A stretch of DNA of 64,000 bases from Macrostomum lignano. Lineage: Eukaryota. A program made the translations under genes and the position numbers. Positions 26,501-38,363 of this stretch are shown here, in pieces. Below the pieces are notes generated by a model, which saw only the letters and a list, made by a program, of their open reading frames with translations, ran no database searches and was not told where the DNA came from. The stretch is taken from contig NIVC01001464.1 in NCBI GenBank assembly GCA_002269645.1, forward strand, positions 66,955 through 130,954, read 5' to 3'. Numbering within the stretch: position 1 is the stretch's first letter; each line of letters begins with the position of its first letter.

Positions 26501-29500
26501 AATTAACAAAATATGCCATCATTTTGGTGATACAATATTGAATTTGATCTGATAGCTTTTATACACTAATGGTCAGAAAGTTTTTTATCTATTGTATGTT
26601 TAATATATATATATCTGTAATTTAATATCTACAAGCAATCTAACCTGCTTTAATTATATATGCAATTTAGCTTAAAAATGAATGAACAAATAAAAAATTG
26701 TTTTTTTTGTAATAGCTATCATTATTGAAATGAATGTATTTTTTATATAGATATCAATTGATAAACTAGTTCATTTTTTTTCAATTTAAACAAATTGAAA
26801 AAAATGAAAATCAACAAAGGTTGCCTTAATATCTATTTTATTTTATGAATATAAGACTTAAGTATATATATAACGTGGCTAAAAGATATTGAGGTAAAAT
26901 TTAAGATGTCATAGCATCTATAAAACATAAAAACCTAGAGGAATAGACTGCTAATCAATGAGTCAAATAACCTTATCACTATTTTGCCAATAGTCTTACC
27001 CTTTTGCCAGTTAAATAAGCTTGTCATAAGACTTAAAGCTAGACATAAACATATTTAAGTATTTTTTTAACTTTTATTTTTTGTCCATATTTGCATTTTT
27101 ACTTAATGTTGCAGAGTTATAGATTTATAGAAAATCCTTTAAATTTTTTGTTTTATTAAGGACTTTGCCAAGATGCCTTTAGAAGGTAACCCGATGGAAA
27201 ATCTGGAGGGGTGTTTGAGGCTCACTTTTTGGCGCTAGCCTCTAATGATTTTTTTTATTTGGTTACACTAAACCAATGGGAGGCTAGAGGCTGGGTTAGA
27301 GGCTCGACTCTTGGGTGTCGCGGCCTCTAAAAATGACCCAGATTTGATGCTTGCAATTTGAGGCTCGTATTGGAGGCTCAATTAGAGGCTGGCGATTTGA
27401 TGCTCAGTTAGAGGCTGAATTAGAGGCTGAATTAGAGGCTGGCGATTTGATGCTCAGTTAGAGGCTGAATTAGAGGCTCAATTAGAGGCTGGCGATTTGA
27501 TGCTCAGTTAGAGGCTGAATTAGAGGCTCAATTAGAGGCTGGCGATTTGATGCTCAGTTAGAGGCTGAATTAGAGGCTCAATTAGAGGCTGGCAATTTGA
27601 TGCTCAGTTAGAGGCTGAATTAGAGGCTCAATTAGAGGCTGGCGATTTGATGCTCAGTTAGAGGCTGAATTAGAGGCTCAATTAGAGGCTGGCAATTTGA
27701 TGCTCAGTTAGAGGCTGAATTAGAGGCTCAATTAGAGGCTCAATTAGAGGCTGGCGATTTGATGCTCAGTTAGAGGCTGAATTAGAGGCTCAATTAGAGG
27801 CTGGCGATTTGATGCTCAGTTAGAGGCTGAATTAGAGGCTGGATTAAAGGCTGGCGATTTCGAGATTGTCAATGAGAGGCTGACCCAGCAACTGGGGATC
27901 TGGCTAGTAGAGTAAAATTTACTAAAAAATGGAAGAATCAAAAATTTGTACAGCACAGCAACGGCCGCGCTCATTGAGAACAGTAATAACAGTAACAGCA
28001 GTAATTAAGCATGCAGTTATTGGAGCAAAGACAGCATATTTACAATGTATTTACATTCGCATAAAATTTTAAATATAACACTGCTTGGTGCGCCAGCTAG
28101 CAAGAAAAAGACAAAAAACGGAGAAAGAAAGCGAGAAAGATAAAAAGACCACTAGCCTACGAATAATTCAGCTGCGAGAACGGCATCAGAGCAATATGCG
28201 TTCTGCTCACAAGGCACGTGCCCAGGATTTTGTCGGTGCCGACTGTGTATGCAGCAGCGTCCGATTCATCGTCACTGCAGAAAGGATCCTCCATCAGGCG
28301 CACGACATCAGGCGACGGGTCCCAGCGGAATATTCCAGCCTCTAACCCAGTCTCTAATACAGCCTCAAATTTAGCCTCGAATCCTGCCTCAAATTTAGCC
28401 TCAAATCCAGCCTCAAATTTAGCCTCGAATCCAGTCTCTAATCCAGCCTCTAATCCAGCCTCAAATTTAGCCTCGAATCCAGTCTCTAATCCAGCCTCTA
28501 ATCCAGCCTCTAATTGAGCCTCGAATCCAGTCTCTAATCCAGCCTCGAATCCAGTCTCTAATCCAGCCTCTAATTCAGTCTCTAATACAGCCTCGAATTT
28601 AGCCTCTAAATTAAAAATCAAATTCAGGCTCAAATAAAGCCTCTAATCCAGCCTCGAATTTAGCCTCTAAATTAAACGTCAAATCCAGGCTCAAAAAAAG
28701 CCTCTAATCCAGCCTCGAATCTAGCCTCTATCTCAGACTCTAATTTGAACCTCTGCTCTAGCCTCAAATCCAGCATCAAATACAATCTCTTTTGAGGTTA
28801 AAGATTATTTTTGAGGCTAGCATCAAACCAGCCTCAAAAAATCCACTTTGAGGTTCATTTGAGGCTGCGTTTGAGGCTAGGGTAAAAATTAGAGGCTGCC
28901 CTTTTCCCATCGGGTAAATTCTAATAAAACATATTTTTTATAAATCAATAGCTCAGCAGTATAGTTATACAAAGCCATTGGCATTAGTAGATTCAGAACT
29001 TATATAAAAGTCAATTTTAATAAATAGGTTGGCTTTATTGTGCCTAGTCAAGAAACAATTTAAATATGCTAAATGATGATTATTACAAAAGAAAAAAAGA
29101 ATTTTAAAACATATTAGTAATAATAGTAATATAGCAAAAATTATAAGAAAAAGTTTTCTTTTGTTAGCATGTATGTTCTACCATTTATGCCTTTGAGCCA
29201 TCTTGCCTATTCCCTAGACATTTTGTCTCCTAGGCATTCTGGCTTTTCCATTCAGATTTCCAATTAGACAATAGATTTTTTTCTTAGGAGTAATATGTAC
29301 CTAATTTTGTAGGCAACTCTGATCCATTGCAAAACCCTATCTAGATTAGAATAAAATAGTTTAGGCTCATTCCATATAAGATGGACATATTTGGAAAATA
29401 GAAAAAATTCAATATTTTTGCTTGCCATTGCCTAATTAGCCTATTTTTTTACCAAATGTTTATATTGTGCAATATATACAATCTAAGAATAAAGGAATGG

Positions 29501-32500
29501 TAAAATGTTGGATTAGTATGTTATCAATTGGCAAAAAGTCATTTTTGTAAAAATTTGGACATTTTTCGAAGCAAAAGACATCATTAAGATTTTGTACCTT
29601 TTAAAAACAAATAGAAAGCTTTTGAAGGTTGAAACAAACTATAGATAAAAGTATAGTACTTACATCATCAGATAAAAGCATTGGTGACCAAATAATCTAT
29701 TATATTTTTAATGTATTAGTACCTCAAAGTTACTGAATTGACAGAAAAAAATATGTTACGACCATAATGTTACGACCATAAGGCTGCCTTTTCTTTTGTA
29801 TCTTTGTTGCCTTTTGAGTTTATATATTCTAATAAAAGAGTATGATTTCTAAAGATGTTCTTAGTCAAATTTTAAAAATGTATTGCAAAATATCAAAAAT
29901 GAAAAATGTTATAAGACTTTTACCTTTTAGTTTCTATATGTCAAAAATCCTGTCGTTACGACCATAAGTGTCATTTAAGGTTTAATAGCATCTATACTAA
30001 TGATGATATCTATATGAAACTCTATAAATATATTCTAGACAAAATAATCTTTCATTTAAAATATTGGTTTAGTATATTCTATTTTTAGATTTCATTTTAT
30101 AAGTAAAAATAACCTGTCATGTTACGACCATGCTTATATGGAATGAGCCTTTAGTTAAATAATATATTATCACTTAGGCACTAAACACTATCAGAGTGTC
30201 AATAAAGTATATTTGCTAAAGTTGTTTATAAATAGAAAGCTTTTTTAATTCTAAGGAATCTGGCTTTTTTGTGCGAATGGGTGCAAATAGCATCTTGGTC
30301 TTAAAAATTGCACCTTGAAATTTGACTCAGGGTGCAAAAAGCACACTAGAATTTTTTGCAAGGATGTGATACAGATTTCACAATTTAGTGTTATGGATAT
30401 GCAGCGCATCTTGGTCTTGAAAATTGTACCTCTAAATCTAGCACAGGGTGCGAAATCGCACCCAAGTTATAGACGAAAAAAACCCAGCAAGGAATTGTCT
30501 AATTTCTAATAGCTTAACAAATTTGTTAGCTTAATAGCAAGATTGAAATAGACCTAGCACTATAAATTTGGTATTAGCTACAATATAATTAAATAGCTAG
30601 GAACCCCTAAAACTATAGTTGCACTTTATTTATTTTTTAAATATATAAAATCCAACTAAAAAAGAATAACTTATTTTTAAAGGCATTACTTAAGACAAAA
30701 AATATTTTTAAAGCTAAAATGATCATAAATGCCTAAGGAATAGACTATATTATACACATACATGCGCAACCTTGGGAATCACTTGGCCATTTCTATTGGC
30801 AACATATACATGTAAGTTGCTATTGGCTGAGAGCAGTCATATGCCTACTATTCTATCTAATAGCGACTTATATGTGTGTGTTACCAATAGAAATGGCCGG
30901 TGAATCCCTAGGTTATGCTCAAGCATGATTGTACAAATGATAAAAAATACTGAAACATATATCTTTTCAATTCCTAATAGGACCAATAGGTTTATATTAC
31001 GATTGGCAAATGATAGGGCTAGTAATATTGTTTGCTGTGTTAGGTTAATTTTAAGTTTTTTATATATACACACTTAAATAGATAGAATACAAGAAGTAAG
31101 CATTGTTTGATTTTAGATAAATATTAGATCAGTTATAGTGTTATATGAATAAGCTATTTAAAAAAGGAAGTTTTTAGACTTTTCCTAGAAAAAAGTGGCA
31201 CCATATTTGTTGGTTTTTTCAAATAAAGTTTTTAAAAGATAGTTTTTTTTATAGTCAACACTTTATGCTTGGGCACAAACTAGGGATTCACCTGGCCATT
31301 TCTATTGGAAACACACACAATATAAGTCGCTATTGGATAGAATAGTAGTCGCATGATTGCTCTTAGCCAATAGCAACTTACATGTCTATGTTGCCAATAG
31401 AAATGGCTGAGTAATTCCCAAGGTTGTGCATGTATGCAACACTTAAAACAAAGGCAGTTGTTATTGTTTTAGTAACTATATAAATGATAAGATGGTTATT
31501 TTTTAACTTGATATATAAGACAAATATTATCTTAATGAAATAACAAACTTGCACTGTAAATTTTAAAAAGTTATTTAAAAAATAAAGAAATACATTATTA
31601 ATAAATACATTGAAACAATAATAACTTCTAATAGTGGCTTACTTTAGACAATTGTTAATTATCACTTATAGTCTAGAAGGTGGCATTTAAACTAGAAAAT
31701 TTCAATATATATTTGTTTTTGATAACAATCTTAGCATACACTTGGTATATAAAAAGCCAAGTTTAAAGCTAATATAATTGTATAATTAAATAGCAACCAA
31801 CAAAAGCTTTTTAAAACATAATTAGAAACTAAAATAGAAAACATTACAACTTATGAGAAAAACAAAATTAAAACAAAGAATATCAATTTTTAGCAAACAC
31901 AGCTATTTTAATATTTATTTTTATTAAAACTCATGTTTCTAAAAAATGTACTTTCTAAAAATTGGCATATGAACAACTTTGCATTTTGAATAACTTCTAA
32001 ATTTTATATTGGCAAAAACATGCAAAAAATGAATTCTCATTCTATTTCTATTTAATATATTTACCATGATCTTGACTATGGATTACCATATAATAATTTA
32101 AAAGTTTTTCCACATGACCATAAATTAAAAATAGCCATGTGCCTTTTATGCCAGAATTTTCCAGCATATTTTTGCTTTCACTAACAATCTTGATATACAT
32201 TAGATATATAGAATTTTCAGGTTCAACATGAAGTGTGTACACATTCGGCATACAAAAAATAGCCAAGTTCAAGGCTAATATAATTGTGTAGTTGAATATC
32301 AATCAATGTTGAAAGCTTTTTTTTTAAAATAATCAAAAATTAAAATTTCAAATATTAAATCATAAAAAATCAAAATTAAAAAAAAGAATATCAGTTATTA
32401 GCAAAAGATAGCCTTTCCCAAGATAGAATTCTTCCTCAGAAGTAGGAAAATGTGCACTGTAAAAAAGTCATAATGTAGATCATAGCAGGTCTATGCACTA

Positions 32501-35042
32501 AAAAATGAAATTTATAGGTTTTTCAATTTTTATGCTGAAACAAATTAGAAAGTTGTACTTTAAGTGTAAAGTAGCTTGAACACTAATTTTTAGAGGAAAT
32601 ATTCTTTAAAAATTATAAGAGTTTTACTGAACTTTAAAATAACTGTTTTTGCTAAAAAATATTATTCTTTGTTTTACTTTTGTTAAAAATTTTCCAGCGT
32701 AAAAACAACCTTCTGGACTATGAAAAGTAGGACTTAAGCGCACATATACTACATGGTATATAACTATGTTGAATGCATGTAAAAGTCAAATCCTATCTGA
32801 CTATTCTGTGGCAAACAGCTTCTTTGCAAGCTTCTTTGATGGAGCACGCGCATACCTTCTTTTAGGGCACACAAATAGGCTTGTGCAAGAATTCTATCTT
32901 GGAGTCTTTCTAAAGTTTAGTAAAAGTTTTGAATTGCTAAAAGTATATTTTTATTAAAAATGGCATATAAACAATTTTAGTCTTGGTTAAGGGTCGACGA
33001 TATTGAATTTTTGAGATTTTTGAGATTAGCCTCTTTGAGATATTCGAGATTCAATTGAGATTCGAGACATATAGTGGAACAACAAAAAATATTTAATATG
33101 TGAAATAAAGTAAATCCTCTAAATCTGCTACTGGTGGTAGGTCTATTAGACAAGCTCCTGGGATTCCAAGAACCCTCTCCGAAGGCACAGAATTCAAAAT
33201 GATAAAAAAATTTTGCCAACCCAATAAAACAAAGTATTGCTAACTATCATTAGCAAACAAAAATACAACTCATTGAAATAACTGGATTACACATTAAATA
33301 TTCCCATGCGGATACGAGGTACCTAACTGACAAACTAGCGAGACAAAAGAAACCATCAATGTCACATGTTGAGTGACGTATGAAACATTTGCCGACACTT
33401 ATTTAGACACTTTAGTTTCTGTCATATGAATTGTAGGAACAAGCATTAAATTTGTTTATTCCTCACAAACTACCAGTAAACTGCTTTATTTTAAGCTTTT
33501 TTTGCTTTATTTTATTAAATATGAATTAGGAAGTGTCCTGGACAAATTTAACATTCTTCTTCACATGAAGAGAATCTAATCTATATAGAATAACAAATTT
33601 CATGATTCATATTTAATAAAATAAAGCAAAAAAGCTTAAAATAAAGCAGTTTACTGATAGTTTGTTAGGAATAAACAAATTTAATGCTTGTTCCTACGAT
33701 TCGTATGACAGAAACTAAAGTGTCTATAAAAGTGTCTGAATAAGTGTTGGCAAATGTTTAATGAGTTGAGTGTTGAACTTGGACATCAACTTCAAGTAGC
33801 TGATGAATTGCTGGAACATTAATTGTTTGAAGCAAAAATGCATTACATTACAAATAAATTGAAAATAGTAAATATATTGCTCAAAACAGTGCGCATTCTC
33901 TAATGCAAGCCATGACCATCGGCATCTATATGCCATGCAGCTATTTTATTTATAAACTATACATTCTTTGTAATATGCAAAATTTAAACAAAATATTGAC
34001 ATTGACACCATCAGGCTTTATGATATAATACTTCATGCTTCTTATATAGATCAAAATGTTTTTTTGAACATTTAATTTTTATCTCGAATCTTGACATTTT
34101 TTCAAGATTATGAAGTTGAGATTGAGATTTTGAGAAAACCCCGAGATTTTGGATCTTGAGATTGAGATTGAGATCTCATCCAACCCCTAGTCTTGGTGTA
34201 ATTTCTTTTAAATTTTACACTGGAATTAAATTGAAATAAACATGAATTATCATTCCAGCATACGCCTGCCATGATCTAGACTATGGTAGGCCCTACCTAG
34301 CATGATCTAGAATATAGTTTAGGCCTAGATAGTATCTTATATAAAAATTGTAAAATAAACATTTTGCTATTTATATGATTGATATAACAATAATAACAAC
34401 TACCTTCTAAAAATTAAAAAATATTTTGGCTAGGCCTAGCATTTAAAAAACATTATAATATAAAGCTTGATAATATATTTATATTAGGCCAGTAATCAAT
34501 TGTAATAACAAAAGTACTTACCCAGCTGTATAGTAATGCAGATACTTAACATCAAGTCCCATTAATTTCAGTGATCCCTTTAGTCCTTTTAACCACTCTT
34601 GTCCTTGTAATTTAAGCTTGCAAAGCAAAGATAAAATGTTCCCTTTAGGACCAGCTCTTTCACCAGTTAAACAAGGATTAAGAGAATCAAAAATACAAGC
34701 CATTGAAGTATCTCTTATAGCAGCTTCACGACAAAGAGGATTGTTGAACAAGGGTTGAAATGTCGTAACTATATTAGCAATGCAGTCGTTCGAAGTAGTT
34801 TTTAATTCAGTGCCATCAAAAATTAAACATTGTTGCAGGGTGAGAAAGTTAACTTGTGACTTTACGAACTCATTCCAAAGTGCGGTAGAGTTGGGGTTCA
34901 TAGATTTACATTCATTTTCGGCGATGGTGTCATTGCTGATTGTCGAGTAAGAAATAAATTCTCGGGGAAAATAGATGCACTGAACTGCACAAACCGCTTT
35001 CACAACAATGAGAAGCACAGTAAGTTTAATAAGGAATTGCAT
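20531..35042 (-). CDS. TGF-beta/activin type I receptor Ser/Thr kinase (ALK4/5/7, baboon-like), 5 exons, ~822 aa
   Basis: Exons 35042-34522 (signal peptide + Cys-rich; phase 2), 25849-25513 (CCSEPSGCN Cys box), 24965-24315 (TM, GS box SQTGSGSGLPILLPRTVAREI, GQGRFGQ), 23338-22680 (VAVKIFSS, HRDIKSNNILVK, DFGLAV, GTRRYLSPE) and 20831-20531 (ECWYQSPAARL). All phases are compatible. The L45 loop AIDNIDIGLETQ resembles ALK4/5/7 (AADNKDNGTWTQ). Assignment of exon 1 is inferred from phase match and the signal peptide. Confidence 0.88.
20859..22620. repeat. 39-bp minisatellite (GGATCTGGGATGCTGGCCTCATCTGATCAGTGTATTGGG)n filling receptor intron 4
   Basis: ~45 tandem units. Confidence 0.95.
23548..24175. 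repeat. 22-bp minisatellite (GATAGGTGGTCATGGGGTGTTT grading to GAGGAGTGGTCATGGATTGGCT) in receptor intron 3
   Basis: Tandem units sharing the core GTGGTCATGG. Confidence 0.9.
25079..25233. mobile_element. Tc1/mariner-type MITE (copy 2, inverted, internally deleted) in receptor intron 2
   Basis: Same TIRs as 3170-3442. The interior is the reverse complement of copy 1 with ~130 bp missing between GAAGATT and GGACGGATT. Confidence 0.8.
27190..28916. mobile_element. Foldback-like non-autonomous DNA transposon, ~1.7 kb
   Basis: Termini ACCCGATGGAAAA ... TTTTCCCATCGGGT. The left arm is a 50-bp tandem built on TTAGAGGCT; the right arm is a 12-bp tandem built on its reverse complement AGCCTCTAA. 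Unique ~500-bp centre. Confidence 0.65.
29364..30149. mobile_element. Non-autonomous DNA transposon, Kolobok-like (inferred), 786 bp
   Basis: Perfect 17-bp TIR GGCTCATTCCATATAAG ... CTTATATGGAATGAGCC, flanked by TTTA on both sides (29360-29363, 30150-30153). Internal repeated motif GTTACGACCAT. Confidence 0.75.
30755..31436. repeat. Inverted pair of ~170-bp internally palindromic elements
   Basis: 30755-30928 is the reverse complement of 31265-31436. Each copy is bounded by GGCCATTTCTATTGG ... CCAATAGAAATGGC. Confidence 0.8.
32988..34189. mobile_element. hAT-like non-autonomous element, 1.2 kb, with nested foldback
   Basis: 8-bp TSD GTCTTGGT at 32980-32987 and 34190-34197. Imperfect TIRs TAAGGGTCGACGA / TAGGGGTTGGATGA and subterminal TTGAGAT repeats. 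Confidence 0.7.
33383..33759. repeat. Long near-perfect inverted repeat (arms ~145 bp, loop ~80 bp)
   Basis: 33383-33526 pairs with 33605-33759. Confidence 0.9.
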
Positions 35043-36016
35043 GTTTGCAGAGTAGGGCTACTTCAAAGATAGGCCTTTAAGTTCACATTTGTCAGTAAAA
35101 ATTTGTTGGCTTTGTAGTAATTAAAAAATATATTTATTTACAGAACAACTCCTCTGCTTCTTGAAATAAATTGGAATATTGAAATGCGCATAATTTTTTG
35201 CCTTAAAATAGTACTATTATCAAATTGTTCAAAGCAGAAACCAGCAACATAGTAAAACAAATCATTTGACTAATAGATTGTTCTATTTGTTTTCTTTAAC
35301 TGTATGAATTGAGGTGATTTATTACTTATTTACCAAACTTTCCACTTTTAAAAGAAATTATTTTGCTTTGTTTACAGTGCCTTGGCAACAAGTTAATAAA
35401 GTGAAGCATGCCAAGCAATGGAATGCCGAAATTTTTTTCAAAAAACGCTTCAAAGCAAATTTGGCACGCGCCTTACTGATTATTGTTCAAATGCGCCAAT
35501 ACTACGAAATGGCTGCAAAAAACTTTTTGCAACCAAATTAAGCCAACTTAATTCTACTGCTCAGATTAGTGTGGAATAATGCATGCATATATGCCAAGGG
35601 CATTTGCATAATGGATAAATATTGAAAAAAAATATTTTTGCAATTAAGATAGTGCTATAAACCAAAATCCAACTTTGTGTATATATTTGTCTACTTTGTG
35701 TACATATAACATGTGCATGTACCACTTTTGCATCTGTATGAACTATAGTGAAAACAATAATTCACTAGGCCTAATATATAAAATATTATGTAATGTAGGC
35801 CTTATTGATATACATAAGCAAGTGCTGCAATGCATAGTGCCAATAACATGATATGATGGTTTTTCATTTGACTGATATCTAGATCCTAGGCCCCTACCTC
35901 TAGGCTTAGCCAATGCTAAGTGGGCAGACAATAGGCTAAGGCATTGTCTGCCCTCTTTTTCCCTTTGACTTGCTAAGTTGCTACTTATTTTTATTTTTGC
36001 CTTTGGTTTTTTACTT

Positions 36017-36400
36017 CGAAGAGCTTGCGTGCATGGCAGCCGTTCACGTAAGCTCAGAATTGCGTGCACTGCACGGCGGCTATCTACCTAGTGCTTTATT
36101 TGCATGTATGGCAGCCATTCATCTAGTGTTGAAATTGTGTGCATAGCAGCCGGTAAATGGCCAGGACTGGGGCCCTTAAATTAAACAATAACTAATTAAA
36201 AAGTTATTGTTACTATATTGTTTTATGTTTTATCCCACGTACACCATGTACACCCAATGTAATCTTAATTCATTGCTTTTTTGTTAATTTGAATATTATT
36301 CGAATAGCTATGACTTACTGTATAGGCCTATAAGATACAGCTCTGCCGTGCATGCAATTCTGAGCTTACGTGAACGGCTGCCGTGCACGCAAGCTCTTCG
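36017..36400. mobile_element. Mutator-like MITE, 384 bp
   Basis: ~60-bp TIR CGAAGAGCTTGCGTGCA(T/C)GGCAGCCGTTCACGTAAGCTCAGAATTGC. Exact 9-bp TSD TTTTTACTT at 36008-36016 and 36401-36409. Confidence 0.8.
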
Positions 36401-38137
36401 TTTTTACTTAGCTTAGGATCAATGTGTCTATAAATATCAAGGTGGCATTGCCATCTATTTTGCTAATATCTGGCTGGCAACCATGGGTAGCTAGTGCTAC
36501 AGTGTTATGCAGTGATGCAGGGAGTTCTAACTAAAGGTGCTAGTGTTCTGTGTGTCCAAAGTGCAGTAGGCGTAGTCCCCCTCTGGAGAATCTAGGAAAT
36601 AGATTGTTGTTCACCCAAATAGCCTTTAAATAATAGACAAGTCACAAACTTGCCTTTCGTTTTGGTTAGAGTTTTTTATTAGAATTGGCCAATGGCCCTT
36701 TTATATAGGCCTAGTTGCAATAGCCCATAGCCAGGTTAGGCAAGTGTTTGCATAAGATAGGCCTAGGTAAGGCAAAGCCTAAAATGCTCTATCCTACAAA
36801 TATATCTATCATATATAGGCCTATTATATGCTAGAATCATACATGCGCAACAGTTAGCCATTCTGGCTGACCGATTTGGCAACCAACCAACATAAGTTGC
36901 AAAAATGCCCATCCGAATAAATACCCAAGTAGTACTAAGTAGATGACAAGGAATTTTACCTTAATAAGACAAGTCATAGTTACTCCTGCTGTTTACCAAA
37001 GTAGCATTATTTTGCTTTAGGGTTTTTTTACATGTAAGTCACATTTTTGGCCAAAAACCATATTGCATTTTTGGTAAAACTAAGTGCATAAGCAGCATGG
37101 CATGTATGGCTAGAATGTTTATCTATATAAAATGTCTAAAATTGTTATTAAGAAATATAATAAATATATTCTTATGACTTTATTAAAGAAATTTTGATTA
37201 AAAGCAACCAAAATATTTACCAAGATCAATATTAAATAATAAAACAATATTTTAGGCAATCATTTTTCTTTTGGCTTTTTGTAGAATAAGAGACTGAAAA
37301 AATGACAAGGTTGACAGACCTTGACAAGATCAAGCACACGAGATATTTCTTTCATGCCCCTTCCCTTTGGGTTTTTACCTTCCTCTACCTTCCCCTTCAA
37401 CAATTTTTTAGTTATGCCAATGATTTGTAGCTAATTAATTAATCTCTTTCTTAATTTATAATGGTATAATGATATATAATCCAATGATAATAGTTCTTTT
37501 TTTTCAATCTAACCCAACTAATAGTCCTAATTATAGAGCAAATTGTATACCAATAAAAATCTATATTGCTTGAATCTCTAACCCTAAAGACTTAGAGTTA
37601 TCCCTATAAAAGTTTTAAACTAGCAATATTCATTTATTAATATTGTTTTATCATTTCTTATCAATTAAATCAATGGATCAATGGCTTTAACAATATTTAA
37701 TATTTTGTCTAGTTATTTAGTGGCCAATATTATTAATATTAGATCTAAGAATGAGTTATATAAAATATGCATTTCTATAATTACTGCTATATCTATTTTA
37801 TTTAAAACCTCCATATCTAAAACTATTATAAAATCTTAATATAGTAGCTATTAGTTCTGTTTTTATAAATCTCATTCTAATGAATTTATTAAAATACTAT
37901 AAAATTTTACCTAAGATAATAAAAAAAATTTCTTAAGCCAAAAAGTAAAAAAATCCGGATATTTAAAGTTCCAAATCATATTTTTTACTTTTCAACTATA
38001 ATCATAATCTTGTAAATTAATTAGTTAGGTTTGATATTAACCTTAAGTTGTTATTATCAATGCTCCTAGACTATTTAGAAGTTATTTATACTTTTTTCAG
38101 ACCATAGATTTTTAAGACCCAGGTGCATTTTAAGCAG

Positions 38138-38345
38138 CATTGTCACACAGCTAGCAATGACCATAATTGCCCATTCTATCAACACCCCTAAACAGGAACT
38201 CACATAGGAGTCTATAGCAACCCTAACTTTATTTGTTATAAGGCTTGTACGCTCGAAAGTCGACCTTCCAAGGCATTTGTTACATGAGCAGACCCAGGCC
38301 AATATTCCAATTTAGCCCTAAATTAATGTGACTGCACTTGGAATT
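38138..38345 (-). mobile_element. Old diverged SINE copy (head missing) abutting the DNAAF1 start
   Basis: Colinear blocks CATTGTCACACA, CCCTAACTTTATTT and ATTCCAATTTAG...GTGACTGCACTTGGAAT are shared with the 60862-61194 copy. Confidence 0.7.
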
Positions 38346-38363
38346 TAATTGCAATTTCATGTT

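Noticed and set aside
34518-35042. Stand-alone 174-aa secreted protein
   Set aside because: The ORF ends at a canonical GTAAGT donor whose phase matches the receptor exon at 25849, so it is better explained as receptor exon 1.
36475-36495. RFX X-box upstream of DNAAF1 (GCAACCATGGGTAGC)
   Set aside because: The left half-site does not match GTTNCC and the site is ~1.9 kb from the ATG; not supportable.
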